A stretch of DNA of 64,000 nt, taken from assembly GCA_963422265.1 (NCBI GenBank), contig OY729416.1:1248001-1312000 (forward strand). The letters are read 5' to 3'. Within the stretch, counting starts at the first letter, position 1. Each line of letters starts with the position of its first letter. The position numbers and the translations under genes were made by a program. Positions 20,984 to 31,844 of the stretch are shown one piece after another. A model generated the notes under the pieces. It had not been told where the DNA came from. It saw only the letters and a list, made by a program, of their open reading frames with translations, and searched no databases. Source of the stretch: Thermodesulfobacteriota bacterium (GTDB lineage: Bacteria > Desulfobacterota_D > UBA1144 > Nemesobacterales > UBA2774).

Positions 20984-21751
20984 ATGCTTATGAAAAGGAA
21001 TCCTCGAGAAAAGAACGCTATTCCCACGGCTAATAAATGGGAAGTTGACGCTAGAGACCGTTTAATTCTGGCGTTAGACTTGCCTATAATAAAATGCAGA
21101 GAACTAGTCAATGAACTGGGAGATTTAGTCCGTATCGTCAAAATAAACTATTTGCATTTTCTTGAAATATCTAACAGCTCAGAGCCGAAGGTAAAAGAGT
21201 TTCTATCATTTCTAAAGGAAAAGAACGTAAACGTTTTTTTTGACCTAAAGTTTGATGATATTAAAAACACCGTTAGTGCTTATATAAGGGCATTATCCAG
21301 AGTAGATAATATAAGCTTTTGCACTATACACGGGAATCCTTCCCTTATGGACGCCGCCATAGAAGGAAGAAGTGGGGGCGACAAACCGAAAATACTAGCC
21401 GTTACTCTATTGACCAGCATTGATGAAAATAACGTTGATGACTCACAACCCGTCGTAGATTACGTTCTACGTAGGGCACGACAAGCGGATGAACGTAAGC
21501 TGGATGGCGTAATAGCGTCGGGAAAGCACGCAGGCCTAATAAAAAAAGAAACAAACAATGGACTTGCAATAGTGTCCCCCGGTATCCGACTAAACGAATG
21601 CCACGACGACCACAAAAGAGTTACGACGCCTGAAGAGGCTATTAGAAATGGCTCGGACTATCTGGTTGTCGGACGACCAATATACAATGCGGAGAAGCCA
21701 AGACGGGTAACTGAGGATATTATTGATAGAATGCAAAAGGCGTTTAGATGA
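20984..21751 (+). CDS. pyrF: Orotidine-5'-phosphate decarboxylase
   Basis: RLILALD, FFDLKFDDIKNT (DxKxxD), VTLLTS, VSPGIR, YLVVGRPI. Confidence 0.93.
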   Translation: MLMKRNPREKNAIPTANKWEVDARDRLILALDLPIIKCRELVNELGDLVRIVKINYLHFLEISNSSEPKVKEFLSFLKEKNVNVFFDLKFDDIKNTVSAYIRALSRVDNISFCTIHGNPSLMDAAIEGRSGGDKPKILAVTLLTSIDENNVDDSQPVVDYVLRRARQADERKLDGVIASGKHAGLIKKETNNGLAIVSPGIRLNECHDDHKRVTTPEEAIRNGSDYLVVGRPIYNAEKPRRVTEDIIDRMQKAFR

Positions 21752-22045
21752 AAAACAAAGTTTCAGCTGCGCTCATTACTAAGCCATTCAAAAACCGCCT
21801 CTGAATCAATCTATACCCGCTTCTATGAAGAAATACCTTGTGGGAATAGCGTTTCTCAACGTAGCATCCTTTATTAGCCATGCCACCGCCTTGTGTAACT
21901 TATACGAACGATGCTTAAGATAAGTGATAGCAACTACCCATTAGCACCCCCCGGAGTAAACCCATTGAGTATATATTAGGACAAACCTTCCCACTGATGC
22001 TAACCTAGGATATAATATGTCAGAATAGCAAGTTGGTGAGATTAA

Positions 22046-22585
22046 ATGCTGAGCAAATACTACCTTTCAATCGCAATACCACTGATCCTTCTACTCATCG
22101 CGTGTTCTCCGATTAAAGTTAACGTTTATAAAGTGCCTGAAACAGCGCACCAGCGCTATAATCTAATCATAATACCAGACTTTCGGAAGACCGAATCAGA
22201 ATGGGTTCCTTATGACTCAGGCGTGGAAATAGCTGATATGGTAGCGGAAAGGCTTAGAAAAGACAGTAAATTTACGACTGTCAGTCGGTCATCAGGTAAC
22301 GTTGACAGGTCCGATGGAAAAAGGACGTTAATCGTCAGTGGAGTGGTTACCGGCTACGTTCGCGGCTGTAAATACTGCGAATATATATTCATGGGCTTTA
22401 GGGACAAGGGAAAGATGTCGGTACAAGTGTGGGTTAGGCTGACTGATAATACGACGGGGGAGACTCTGGCCGAAGTTGGAATTGACGGTCGGGCAAAAGC
22501 TCCAGGCACAGGTAGAAGTAAATACATACGAGTTGTAAATGAAATTGTAAAAGTAATAGACGCGGTCAATAGCAGACAATTATAG
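22046..22585 (+). CDS. Putative lipoprotein (DUF4410-like)
   Basis: Lipobox LLIAC; LIVSGVVT...VWVRLTDNTTGETL resembles DUF4410/CsgG-like fold. Confidence 0.55.
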   Translation: MLSKYYLSIAIPLILLLIACSPIKVNVYKVPETAHQRYNLIIIPDFRKTESEWVPYDSGVEIADMVAERLRKDSKFTTVSRSSGNVDRSDGKRTLIVSGVVTGYVRGCKYCEYIFMGFRDKGKMSVQVWVRLTDNTTGETLAEVGIDGRAKAPGTGRSKYIRVVNEIVKVIDAVNSRQL

Positions 22586-22594
22586 ACTTGAATT

Positions 22595-23620
22595 ATGAAG
22601 CTCAAAATTCTCTTTTTTCTAATTGGCGCCGCTGCTGGATTCTTTATAGCCAATCCGGAATATAGTCCTATAGTCTCTTTTCTAGTAAGCGTTGCGCTTG
22701 GCGCGTCAATCATCGGAATAGCATGGGCTTCAGAATCACTTTTTTCCAACTTTAGCCCAAGAGCATTTTTAGGAGTGGCAATAGGGTTAGCAGTCGCCTC
22801 GATGTCGTTTTTTGCCCTAAATCAAGCGCTCTCAACCCTAGGGCTTCCCTCAAATATCTTTCCACTTGTTTCAGTGGGATTCTTTCTATTATTAGTTCAC
22901 ATTGGCATCGCTATAGGGATTAAAAAAGGCAAAGAATCCGAACGGTCTAACGGAAGGAGCTACGGCTCTGCGGGTATGGGGAATAGGACAGGCGAGGTCA
23001 AAATCCTTGACACTAGCGTGATCATAGATGGCAGGATCGCCGATGTCGCCGAGGCCGGTTTCATAAGCGGCGATATTATTATTCCTAAATTTATTATAAA
23101 AGAGCTTCAATACATAGCCGATTCTTCAGATCAGATAAAAAAGGTCAGAGGAAGAAGGGGACTTGACATACTTAAAAGGATGCAGAAAGAAATACCCAAT
23201 GTTTCCGTCAGAATCACGAATCACAATTTCCCAAGCATAAAGGAAGCAGACTTAAAACTTGTAGAACTTGCGAGCAAATTAAAAGGAGTAATTATTACAA
23301 ACGACTTTAATCTAAATAAGGTAGCTGGTCTTCAGAACGTAAAGGTTATGAACCTTAACCAGCTTTCAAACGCCTTAAAGCCAGTCGTGCTGCCAGGTGA
23401 GACGCTAAATATACGCGTTACAAAAGGAGGAAAAGAGGAAAATCAGGGAGTAGGATATCTAGAAGATGGAACTATGGTCGTAGTAGATAGAGCTAAAAGA
23501 CACTTAGGAGACAAAGTAAAGGTGCTGGTTACCAGCGTTCTACAAACCCCTACTGGCAGGATGATATTTTCCAAGGTTAAGGAAAACGGAAAAGACATGG
23601 CTCCCGATTTACATGGCTAG
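22595..23620 (+). CDS. PIN/TRAM domain membrane protein (YacL-like)
   Basis: N-terminal TMs, ILDTSVIIDGRI, RGRRGLD, ITNDFNLNKVA, QGVGYLEDGTMVVV; precedes ispD. Confidence 0.92.
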   Translation: MKLKILFFLIGAAAGFFIANPEYSPIVSFLVSVALGASIIGIAWASESLFSNFSPRAFLGVAIGLAVASMSFFALNQALSTLGLPSNIFPLVSVGFFLLLVHIGIAIGIKKGKESERSNGRSYGSAGMGNRTGEVKILDTSVIIDGRIADVAEAGFISGDIIIPKFIIKELQYIADSSDQIKKVRGRRGLDILKRMQKEIPNVSVRITNHNFPSIKEADLKLVELASKLKGVIITNDFNLNKVAGLQNVKVMNLNQLSNALKPVVLPGETLNIRVTKGGKEENQGVGYLEDGTMVVVDRAKRHLGDKVKVLVTSVLQTPTGRMIFSKVKENGKDMAPDLHG

Positions 23621-24326
23621 GATCTATGCGTCGGTTATAATCACGGCGGGTGGCCTAGGAAAGAGATTTGGCGGTAGTTTAATCAAACAGTTCTCCCTGT
23701 TTGATGGTAAACCCGTTATAATACATTCTGTTGAAGTTTTCACTAAATGTGATTTGATCGATGAAATAGTGCTCGTAGTACCTGAAAGCCAGGTAGAGCA
23801 TTCAAGAGAGCTACTTAAGCGGTACCGTCTAACAAAAGTAAATAAAATAGTTCCGGGGGGAAAGCAAAGGCAATATTCGGTTGAAAACGGATTCAATGCG
23901 CTTTCAAAAAGTACCGGGATAGTAGTGGTGCATGACGGGGTACGCCCGTTTGTTACTTATGACTTGATAAAGAGCGTCATTATAGAGGCATCAAATAGCG
24001 GCGCCGCTATTTCAGCTTTGCCTGCAAAAGACACAATTAAATTATGTTATGAAGATAATTACGTCAATCGCACCATATCGAGAGAATCTATTTGGCTGGC
24101 GCAGACTCCACAGGCTTTTACACGTGAAATTCTCAAAGATGCGTATAAAAAAGCATCCAAGGACGGGTTTGTAGGGACGGACGAGGCTCTGCTCGTCGAG
24201 CGGGCTGGAGGCAAAGTAAAACTCGTCATGGGCTCCCCTTATAACATTAAAATTACAGAACGAGGGGATTTGCAAATTGCGGAATTGATCTCAAGAGCGA
24301 GAATTCACAATACTAACCAAAACTAA
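23613..24326 (+). CDS. ispD: 2-C-methyl-D-erythritol 4-phosphate cytidylyltransferase
   Basis: AGGLGKRFG..KQF, GGKQRQYSV, VHDGVRPF, AQTPQAF, NIKIT. Confidence 0.95.
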   Translation: MARIYASVIITAGGLGKRFGGSLIKQFSLFDGKPVIIHSVEVFTKCDLIDEIVLVVPESQVEHSRELLKRYRLTKVNKIVPGGKQRQYSVENGFNALSKSTGIVVVHDGVRPFVTYDLIKSVIIEASNSGAAISALPAKDTIKLCYEDNYVNRTISRESIWLAQTPQAFTREILKDAYKKASKDGFVGTDEALLVERAGGKVKLVMGSPYNIKITERGDLQIAELISRARIHNTNQN

Positions 24327-24376
24327 ACGTATCTCTGCAAAAAGGAGAAAAGGCTGCAGAGTTAATCAATTAAATT

Positions 24377-24862
24377 ATGTATAGGGTCGGATTTGGGCTC
24401 GACGCCCATAGATTTGCGAAAGGAAGGAAACTGATTCTGGGAGGAGCAGAAATTCCTTTTAAGTACGGATTAAAAGGGCATTCGGATGCTGACGTTCTGA
24501 GTCATGCAATATGCGATGCCCTCTTTGGGGCGCTAGGGGAGGGAGACATAGGAAGCCACTTTCCCAACTCGGATCACAGATATGAAGGTGCTTCGAGCTT
24601 GGAGTTCATTAAGGAAGCCCTGGAACTTCTCGCGCAAAGAAGCTATAAAGTAGAAAATATAGACAGCGTAATTGTTTGCGAACAGCCCAAGATTTCCCCC
24701 TTTATTCCAGAGATAAAAAGTAAACTCGCCTCACTAGAAGGACTCTCTGATAAGCAACTAGGAGTCAAAGCTACAACAACCGATAAAATGGGATTTGTGG
24801 GAAGAGGTGAAGGTATTTCTGCTTACTCTATTGCTTTGATTAGACTAGATTCTGAGGACTAG
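24377..24862 (+). CDS. ispF: 2-C-methyl-D-erythritol 2,4-cyclodiphosphate synthase
   Basis: RVGFGLDAH, GHSDADV, DIGSHFP, VKATTT, GRGEG. Confidence 0.96.
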   Translation: MYRVGFGLDAHRFAKGRKLILGGAEIPFKYGLKGHSDADVLSHAICDALFGALGEGDIGSHFPNSDHRYEGASSLEFIKEALELLAQRSYKVENIDSVIVCEQPKISPFIPEIKSKLASLEGLSDKQLGVKATTTDKMGFVGRGEGISAYSIALIRLDSED

Positions 24863-24899
24863 CTGCCTACCAGCCTATTAATACTTAAAAATATGCCTT

Positions 24900-27284
24900 A
24901 TGTATCTATTTACACAGAAGTATAGGATACTTCTCCCCCTTTTCGGATTTGTAGTCGGCATACTATTAAGCGAGCACATGGGAAATCAATGGATTTTAAT
25001 CGCCGGGCTTGCGCCGATCGCTCTCATAACATCCGCCTACCTGCCCAGCCTTGGCTTCCTTCTATTTATCCCTCTCGGGTTACTGTTCACAGCGAATCCA
25101 CTGCTAAGATCAGTCGAGAACATTGAAAACTACATTGGCAAAAGAATCAATTTGGAAGGAACGCTCTACAAATCACCCGAGACTTTAAATCAGAGAACCA
25201 AACTGTTTATTGACGTGGAATTCGTAATTGAGGAAAACACAATAAAACCCGTTCACGGCAAAGTGGCTATTTCCTGTGGTGAAGTAATTCCTGGACTCAA
25301 TCGCGGTGACAGATTAAGGATAATTGACGCTAAACTCAAGCCTATAAGAAATTTTAACAACCCAGGAAGATTTGATGTGGAAAGATTTTACAAAAGACAG
25401 GGTCTGTACGCAACTGGTTTTGTTCAAGATAAGAACCACACAATTTCTTTCGGCAGGGATAGTTCTTACAGTCCCCTCCTCTACTCAATAAATGAAACGC
25501 GCCTTAGATTTGGCAGGTTCGTTAGAAAAAATTTCAAAGCTCCTGAAAACGAGATTATAAATGCCGTTACAATTGGAGATAGAACTGGAATACCTAGTAA
25601 GCTGAGAACAGAGTTTTCACGCACGGGCGTAGCGCACATTCTCGCAATATCAGGGCTTCACGTAGGCTCAGTCGCATTCATCTTCTTTCAACTAATCAAG
25701 TGGATGCTAAAGCGCTCAGAATACCTGCTTCTACGCTTCAAAGTGCCGCGCCTAGCAGCCGCGCTAACCATCCTACCGGTTTTCTTATATACGGCAACAG
25801 CGGGATTCTCCACGTCCGCCTGTAGAGCCTTGATAATGGTATCAATCTATCTAGCGTCAATAGTGGTCGGAAGGAGTGAGAACAAGATAAATACCTTAGG
25901 CGTCGCAGCTCTTATAATACTTATCCTGCAACCCTGGGCGCTTTTTCAGTTGTCATTTCAGCTCTCATTCGCATCGGTATTAGCAATACTGCTAGCACAC
26001 AAGTTCTATCCTTTCAAATTCAATACATTAAAAAATACTGCATGGAGCTTAATAAAAACTACCTCAGCGGCAGCATTTGCCACTTACCCCTTCATAGCCG
26101 ATTCTTTCGGAACTTTACCACTAATATCTATACCTGCAAATCTGTTATTTATCCCTATAGTAGAGTTTTTCACCGTCCCGTTAGGACTCACTTCCTTTGC
26201 GGCTTTCTTGATCTCCACGCACTTAGCCGAGCCTTTTATTTCACTAAACGTATTTCTAATAGAATTGTTGATAATTGGCATAAGCAACATAATCAAAATT
26301 CCATATTCCTCCCTCGCCGTTCCTGAGCTCGGCAGGTTAAACTGGGTGCTTTTTACATTGGTGGGATTAGCCTTTATGATTCAAAACATTCATCCTAGAT
26401 TCAAATACCTCTTCCCTGCTCTATTGGTATTATTCGTCGCAAGCTCAGCCTTTTCAGTGATAAACAAATCGTGGAATCTCGGGGAGCTTAAGGTGAACTT
26501 CTTAGACGTGGGAAAGAACAAAAGCTCCGTATTCTTCAACCTTCCAGATGGGAAAACGATTCTAATCAACGGCGGATATTCAGCTAAAGCCCAAAGCGGC
26601 TATGCGGAGAAAACCACTTTAAGCAACTTCCTCATAAGTCTAGGGATTGAAAGAATAGACTATTTAATTCTAACCTCTATAGATAAGGATCATTTAGAAG
26701 GAGCAAAGCACATTACAGAAAGGTTTACGGTAAGGACACTCTTAACTAATGGCTCAAAGCTTGACAGTGAGCTCTGGGAAGCGGTGTATGAAAAGGGTAT
26801 AAAATGGAAAAACCTGCTTCAAATTGATGAGCCGTTGCCGATAGGAGAATTACGCCTTGGAATCCTAAAGACTGGCCAAGGGATGAGAATTCAGGATTCG
26901 TCAATGCCCTATCCCATAGCCTTAAAGTTGAGCGTCAGAGGGCTGAAGTTTATCATTGGAGAGGCACTAAATGACAAAGCTCGGCAAGCCAATCTTGAAG
27001 AAAGATACGGCGAACTCTTACAGTGTGACGTTCTTTATTTGCCTCGATTGGCTTCCGAAAACACCCTTGACAAATTCATGAGTTCAGCATCCCCACAAAT
27101 GCTATTAACTAATGATTTTCAAACCCAAAATGGACTTAAAACCAAGGGATGGAAGAATGCAAATCGGGGACTTCAGATAATGCGCATTCAGAATACGGGA
27201 GCCGTAACTTTTTATACAAAGCGAGAAAGACTTTATTATTATACGTTTAGTGGAGGAAAAGGAAGCGTTTCAAAACGGAACTAA
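24900..27284 (+). CDS. comEC: ComEC/Rec2 competence protein
   Basis: OB domain with NPGRFD, TGVAHILAISGLHV, FQLSF, C-terminal MBL-like domain (FLDVG). Confidence 0.9.
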   Translation: MYLFTQKYRILLPLFGFVVGILLSEHMGNQWILIAGLAPIALITSAYLPSLGFLLFIPLGLLFTANPLLRSVENIENYIGKRINLEGTLYKSPETLNQRTKLFIDVEFVIEENTIKPVHGKVAISCGEVIPGLNRGDRLRIIDAKLKPIRNFNNPGRFDVERFYKRQGLYATGFVQDKNHTISFGRDSSYSPLLYSINETRLRFGRFVRKNFKAPENEIINAVTIGDRTGIPSKLRTEFSRTGVAHILAISGLHVGSVAFIFFQLIKWMLKRSEYLLLRFKVPRLAAALTILPVFLYTATAGFSTSACRALIMVSIYLASIVVGRSENKINTLGVAALIILILQPWALFQLSFQLSFASVLAILLAHKFYPFKFNTLKNTAWSLIKTTSAAAFATYPFIADSFGTLPLISIPANLLFIPIVEFFTVPLGLTSFAAFLISTHLAEPFISLNVFLIELLIIGISNIIKIPYSSLAVPELGRLNWVLFTLVGLAFMIQNIHPRFKYLFPALLVLFVASSAFSVINKSWNLGELKVNFLDVGKNKSSVFFNLPDGKTILINGGYSAKAQSGYAEKTTLSNFLISLGIERIDYLILTSIDKDHLEGAKHITERFTVRTLLTNGSKLDSELWEAVYEKGIKWKNLLQIDEPLPIGELRLGILKTGQGMRIQDSSMPYPIALKLSVRGLKFIIGEALNDKARQANLEERYGELLQCDVLYLPRLASENTLDKFMSSASPQMLLTNDFQTQNGLKTKGWKNANRGLQIMRIQNTGAVTFYTKRERLYYYTFSGGKGSVSKRN

Positions 27285-27302
27285 GGATAAGGCGGTTCAC
27301 TA

Positions 27303-28055
27303 CTAGTCAACCCCTTCCATTTTAGCATTAATAAAGTTCCTCAGCATCTCGACGTCTGTATTTCTAGCTTCTTCAACCGTTCCGGTAAAGACTATCTTGC
27401 CGCGATATAAAAAAGCCAAGCGATCCGAGGTAGCAAAAGCGCTTTGAATATCATGAGTAATTATAACGCCAGTTATGCCAAACTGATCCTGCATATCCCT
27501 TATCAAATAGTTTATTCTAGTTTTATTAGGCGGGTCAAGCCCGGTCGTCGGCTCATCATAGAGCAGTATCTTTGGATTCATAGCCATTGCTCTAGCTAGC
27601 CCTACACGCTTTTTCATGCCCCCGCTAAGGTCGTTAGGCATCTTGTCCTCTATCCCGGGAAGCCCCACTAACTCAAGATTTTTCGCTACTATATCCCTTA
27701 TTTCATTTTCAGGCATATTAGAATTTTCCTTGAGTGGGTAGGCTATGTTATCTTCAACCGAAAGCGAGTCAAAAAGCGCAGCACCCTGAAACAGCATTCC
27801 CATCTCCTTCCTTATATTAATATTATCTTCTTCATCCATTGGTACTATGTCTTCCCCTTCCACAATCAACTTGCCAGAGTCAGGCTTAAGCAATCCTACA
27901 ATTTCTTTAAGCAATACACTTTTGCCCGAACCGCTTCCACCCATAACGGTTATATTCTCACCCCTTACGACCGATAAATTAACCCCAGCGTGAACCTCCT
28001 TCTCTCCAAAGGATTTATAAACATCCTTAATATCTATTATTATTCCCTGCTCCAT
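27303..28055 (-). CDS. ABC transporter ATP-binding protein (MlaF/Mkl type)
   Basis: GGSGSGKS, LFQGAALFDS, LSGGMKKRVGLARA, LYDEPTTGLDP; no mlaE/mlaD adjacent. Confidence 0.9.
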   Translation of the reverse strand: MEQGIIIDIKDVYKSFGEKEVHAGVNLSVVRGENITVMGGSGSGKSVLLKEIVGLLKPDSGKLIVEGEDIVPMDEEDNINIRKEMGMLFQGAALFDSLSVEDNIAYPLKENSNMPENEIRDIVAKNLELVGLPGIEDKMPNDLSGGMKKRVGLARAMAMNPKILLYDEPTTGLDPPNKTRINYLIRDMQDQFGITGVIITHDIQSAFATSDRLAFLYRGKIVFTGTVEEARNTDVEMLRNFINAKMEGVD

Positions 28056-28349
28056 TTTACATAGTTCCCAATCATCACTTTTTTGGACGGAGATTGGACG
28101 GAGAAAAACCCAACGTCAAGCTGCTAGTCACGTGGATTGTAATGCGCCATTCCAACTTGTCAAAAGGCTTTAACTATTTGGCTACTTTGTGTAAGCTCAA
28201 GTGTTCATGAACTTCATGCAAAACTAAGCAAATCTTAACTTAACTTTCATTGACATTTGATATATATACAATACAAAATATATGGTAAGGTTAAAAGTCA
28301 TGCCCAAGTGTATGGTCCCACACATGCTGCTTAACCCACTAGGATCCAA

Positions 28350-28964
28350 ATGAGAAGATTAAACGTCAGCTCTGGGACAGAGCTAGAGTTCAGCTTGAAA
28401 TTCCTTACGCAATTTATCACACATCCCACCAAAACTGGAGCAATACTTCCATCAAGCGATGAGCTTTGCGACCTGATGGCGGATTTAGCCGGCATCCCTA
28501 AGGTTTCGACAATTGTAGAGTTCGGACCTGGCACTGGAGTAATCACGGAAAAGGTGATGCAGAAGAAGTCAAAAAACGCAACCTTTTTCGCAATGGAGAT
28601 AAACGAAGCCTTTGTTGAAGCTACGAAAAAGAGATGTCCGGACGCGATTGTATATAAGTCCTCAGCTACTGAGGCGATGAAACACCTTGAAATGCACGGA
28701 AAGTCAGGCTGCGATGTAATACTTAGCAGCCTGCCCTGGCTGACTTTCAACGGTGATATGCAGCAAACACTCCTTGACACCATATACGAAACGCTTAATC
28801 CAGGAGGCAAATTCCTAACTTACGCATATGTGCCGGGGCTTATCTTCCCCGCTGCATGGAGACTAAAGAATAAGCTTTTCGGGAGATTTGATAAAGTTAC
28901 GAGAAGCAAAATCGTTTGGAAAAACGTCCCTCCTGCTTTTATATATAAAGGAGAGAAGGCATGA
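28350..28964 (+). CDS. Phospholipid/ornithine-lipid N-methyltransferase-like SAM MTase
   Basis: TGAILPSS, VEFGPGTGVIT, SSLPW, LNPGG, VWKNVPPA. Confidence 0.8.
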   Translation: MRRLNVSSGTELEFSLKFLTQFITHPTKTGAILPSSDELCDLMADLAGIPKVSTIVEFGPGTGVITEKVMQKKSKNATFFAMEINEAFVEATKKRCPDAIVYKSSATEAMKHLEMHGKSGCDVILSSLPWLTFNGDMQQTLLDTIYETLNPGGKFLTYAYVPGLIFPAAWRLKNKLFGRFDKVTRSKIVWKNVPPAFIYKGEKA

Positions 28965-29135
28965 GCATCCGCATTTCCTAATACCTCTTTCTTATTAACT
29001 TATCTACACAATACGCCTATCTATTAAGCACTATCCAATCCAGAAAACTTGCTTGAAACTAATGGCTCAATCATTTATATTAGTAAAAGTTAAAGATTGT
29101 TAAAAACATAGTAAAAACATAGGAGGTGTAATAAA

Positions 29136-29957
29136 ATGAGTTTTACAAGAAGAGTAGCAGCGTTATCCGTTTTATTCCTAATTTGTGCGTTTTCCATAGG
29201 AAACAGTAATACTTCAAAGGCGCAGGAGCTTCCGGGTCCCCAACTCGTAACTAATGCATGGATGTTTATAGCAGCTTATAAAGCTGACCCTAAAATTCTA
29301 AAATCTATGCTTCCCAAGGGGCTTGAGCCTAACCCCGCAGGGCACGTCGTTATAAATATGTACACCGTCCCCAATGGTCTTGAGACTTCCGGATTCGGAC
29401 CTTACACACTTACTTATCTGACCGTAGAGCTAGCCGGACAGGATTCATACGTAATGAACTCCGACATAACCTATCCGGGTAGATACTTCGTTTTCTATTT
29501 CAATAGCTCGCCCGTGATGAGGGAATTTACAAAGAAAGCAGGGATTCCGGTAAACGAGAATACTAACGTTCTGACTACGACAACAGTCAAAGAGGGCAAG
29601 CTCACCGCGACCTTAACCGTTGATGGGAAGCCCTTTATAGTATCTACCGCTGACGTTGGAAGCGAGCTCGGAAACTTTAGCGGCGGCCACCTAAACTACT
29701 TCGGACTTATTAATTACAAGAAGGAGGGTAAGTCCGTGCACAAGGTTGTTAAGTATCCTATTCCCTTTAACGGTGGAACTGTGGAGACCAAAAACGCCAA
29801 AATAAAGATCGCTGCCCCAGAAGGTCATAAGTTAAATAAACTTAAGCCAATCGCCGATCCAACTTGGGCGGTTTGGATGAAGGGAAGCTTCGTATATCCC
29901 CAATACCAGATTATAAATAAACACATAAGAAAGGGTTGTAGCAAAAAGACAAGATAG
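29136..29957 (+). CDS. Exported acetoacetate-decarboxylase-like fold protein
   Basis: Signal peptide; YKADPKILKSMLPKGLEP...FGPY..TYLTVE...PGRY resembles ADC family; AGGAGG RBS; lacks PKK motif. Confidence 0.55.
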   Translation: MSFTRRVAALSVLFLICAFSIGNSNTSKAQELPGPQLVTNAWMFIAAYKADPKILKSMLPKGLEPNPAGHVVINMYTVPNGLETSGFGPYTLTYLTVELAGQDSYVMNSDITYPGRYFVFYFNSSPVMREFTKKAGIPVNENTNVLTTTTVKEGKLTATLTVDGKPFIVSTADVGSELGNFSGGHLNYFGLINYKKEGKSVHKVVKYPIPFNGGTVETKNAKIKIAAPEGHKLNKLKPIADPTWAVWMKGSFVYPQYQIINKHIRKGCSKKTR

Positions 29958-29963
29958 GACGTA

Positions 29964-30000
29964 AAAAAGGGGCATCTGCAGTCAGCAGATGCCCCTTTTT
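29964..30000. terminator. Bidirectional intrinsic terminator
   Basis: AAAAAGGGGCATCTGC-AGTCA-GCAGATGCCCCTTTTT between convergent CDS and tRNA. Confidence 0.92.
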
Positions 30001-30010
30001 ATAAAATTAC

Positions 30011-30087
30011 TGGTGGAGATGAGGGGAATCGAACCCCCGACCTCCGCGTTGCGAACGCGGCGCTCTCCCAGGCTGAGCTACATCCCC
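30011..30087 (-). tRNA. tRNA-Ala (anticodon CGC)
   Basis: GGGGATGTAGCTCAGCCTGGGAGAGCGCCGCGTTCGCAACGCGGAGGTCGGGGGTTCGATTCCCCTCATCTCCACCA; G3-U70 pair, encoded CCA. Confidence 0.97.
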
Positions 30088-30125
30088 CCGCGGAATGATC
30101 TTGTGAGACACCCTAGTCATTCTAA

Positions 30126-31676
30126 TTACATCATACCTTGCGACACAACGCGTTTAGGATGCTCTTTGCGCCAGCGAAGTTTATTTAAGGCATTTATATA
30201 GGCTTTCATGCTCGCCACCACTATATCTGTATCAGCCCCCTGACCCTGAGTTATAAAGCCTTCATCCTCGATCCTTACGTTTACCTCGCCCTGAGCGTCA
30301 ATACCCTCCGTTATTGATGATACAATATAGCGTTCAAGAGCGGGATACATGCCTGTCGCCTTTGAAACCGCTTTATAAGCAGCGTCAACGGGACCCCCTC
30401 CAGTCTCGGATACCGCCACCTCTTCTCCATCTATTAGAATCTTTACAGTGGCGACGGGCTGTAAATCAGATCCGCCAGAGTAATTAGCTGACGCAAGCTG
30501 GTAGTATTCTGAGGAGCGAATAAACTCTTCGCTAATTAACGCCTCTATATCTTCGTCAAAAACGTATTTCTTTTTATCTGCCAGATCCTTGAATTTCTTA
30601 AAGGCCTTCTTAAACGGTTCGTCCTCAAGATGATAGCCATATTCCTCAAGACGAGCCCTGAAAGCATGTCTCCCGGAATGTTTTCCGAGCACTATCTTGT
30701 TTGAAGGAATCCCTACTTCCTCGGGACTCATTATCTCATAGGTAATTCTTTCTTTAAGAACGCCGTCCTGATGTATACCGGCTTCGTGAGCAAAGGCGTT
30801 AGCCCCAACAATAGCCTTATTCGGCTGCACTTTTATACCCGTTATATGCGAGACGAGCCTGCTCGTTGGATATATTTGCTCAGTATTTACTCTTGTTTCA
30901 AAGGGATTCTTGTCATGCCTAACCTTGAGACCCATTACTATTTCTTCAAGAGAAGCATTTCCCGCCCTCTCCCCTAATCCATTTATCGTGCATTCAACCT
31001 GCCTTGCCCCTTCATGCACGGCAGCGGTAGAGTTAGCTACGGCGAGACCAAGGTCATTATGACAATGAACGCTAAGCGTAACGTCATCAAGTCCCGGCAC
31101 CCTTTCCTTCAAGTTTTTTATAACGTAGGAAAATTCTTCGGGCACAGTATATCCCACCGTATCAGGAATATTTATAGTAGTAGCCCCGGATCTCACTGCC
31201 ACGTCCACCGCTTTGCATAGGTAGTCAATATCCGTTCTAGTAGCATCTTCGCAAGAAAATTCAACGTTGCACGTATAATGCCTCGCATGCCTCACTGCGT
31301 CACTTATTATTTCCAAAACCTCATCCTTCGATTTTCTGAGCTTGTGCTTTAGATGTATGTCGGAGGTAGCAATAAAGGTATGTATCCTAGGACTCTCAGC
31401 CCCACTTACGGCTTCCCACCCCTTGTCTATGTCATTACGATTAGCCCTGCAAAGCCCGGCGATTTCGCAACCCCTTATAGTATCAGCTATTTGCTTTACA
31501 GCCTGAAAATCACCATCTGAAGAAATTGGAAAACCTGCTTCAATAACATCTACGCCCAATTTTTCGAGCTGGCGTGCAACCCTCAGTTTTTCCTCCACGG
31601 TCATACCGCACCCGGGGGCTTGCTCTCCATCTCTTAAGGTCGTATCAAAGATTTTAACTACATTATTGTCAGACAT
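30126..31676 (-). CDS. leuA: 2-isopropylmalate synthase
   Basis: [47 protein letters not shown]. Confidence 0.97.
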   Translation of the reverse strand: MSDNNVVKIFDTTLRDGEQAPGCGMTVEEKLRVARQLEKLGVDVIEAGFPISSDGDFQAVKQIADTIRGCEIAGLCRANRNDIDKGWEAVSGAESPRIHTFIATSDIHLKHKLRKSKDEVLEIISDAVRHARHYTCNVEFSCEDATRTDIDYLCKAVDVAVRSGATTINIPDTVGYTVPEEFSYVIKNLKERVPGLDDVTLSVHCHNDLGLAVANSTAAVHEGARQVECTINGLGERAGNASLEEIVMGLKVRHDKNPFETRVNTEQIYPTSRLVSHITGIKVQPNKAIVGANAFAHEAGIHQDGVLKERITYEIMSPEEVGIPSNKIVLGKHSGRHAFRARLEEYGYHLEDEPFKKAFKKFKDLADKKKYVFDEDIEALISEEFIRSSEYYQLASANYSGGSDLQPVATVKILIDGEEVAVSETGGGPVDAAYKAVSKATGMYPALERYIVSSITEGIDAQGEVNVRIEDEGFITQGQGADTDIVVASMKAYINALNKLRWRKEHPKRVVSQGMM

Positions 31677-31708
31677 AACTCTTTACCCCTGCCTGAAATC
31701 GGAAGGAT

Positions 31709-31737
31709 AGTCTAAGGCCAGGTTTAAGTTTTGTCAA
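31709..31737 (-). promoter_or_regulatory. Sigma70-like promoter for leuA
   Basis: TTGACA-N17-TAGACT on minus strand. Confidence 0.6.
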
Positions 31738-31844
31738 TTATTTACGGGATATTAGAAACCCAAGCTCGGACTTAGTTTCACAAACCGGCAAGTAAATCAA
31801 TAAAGACTGTTTTAATCTTAAATTTCTTCTTCGGAGCATAACAA

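Noticed and set aside
28056-30011. Island integrated at the tRNA-Ala 3' end
   Set aside because: No duplicated tRNA 3' fragment or integrase found.
29989-30201. 70-aa plus-strand ORF
   Set aside because: Antisense reading of tRNA-Ala and the leuA end.
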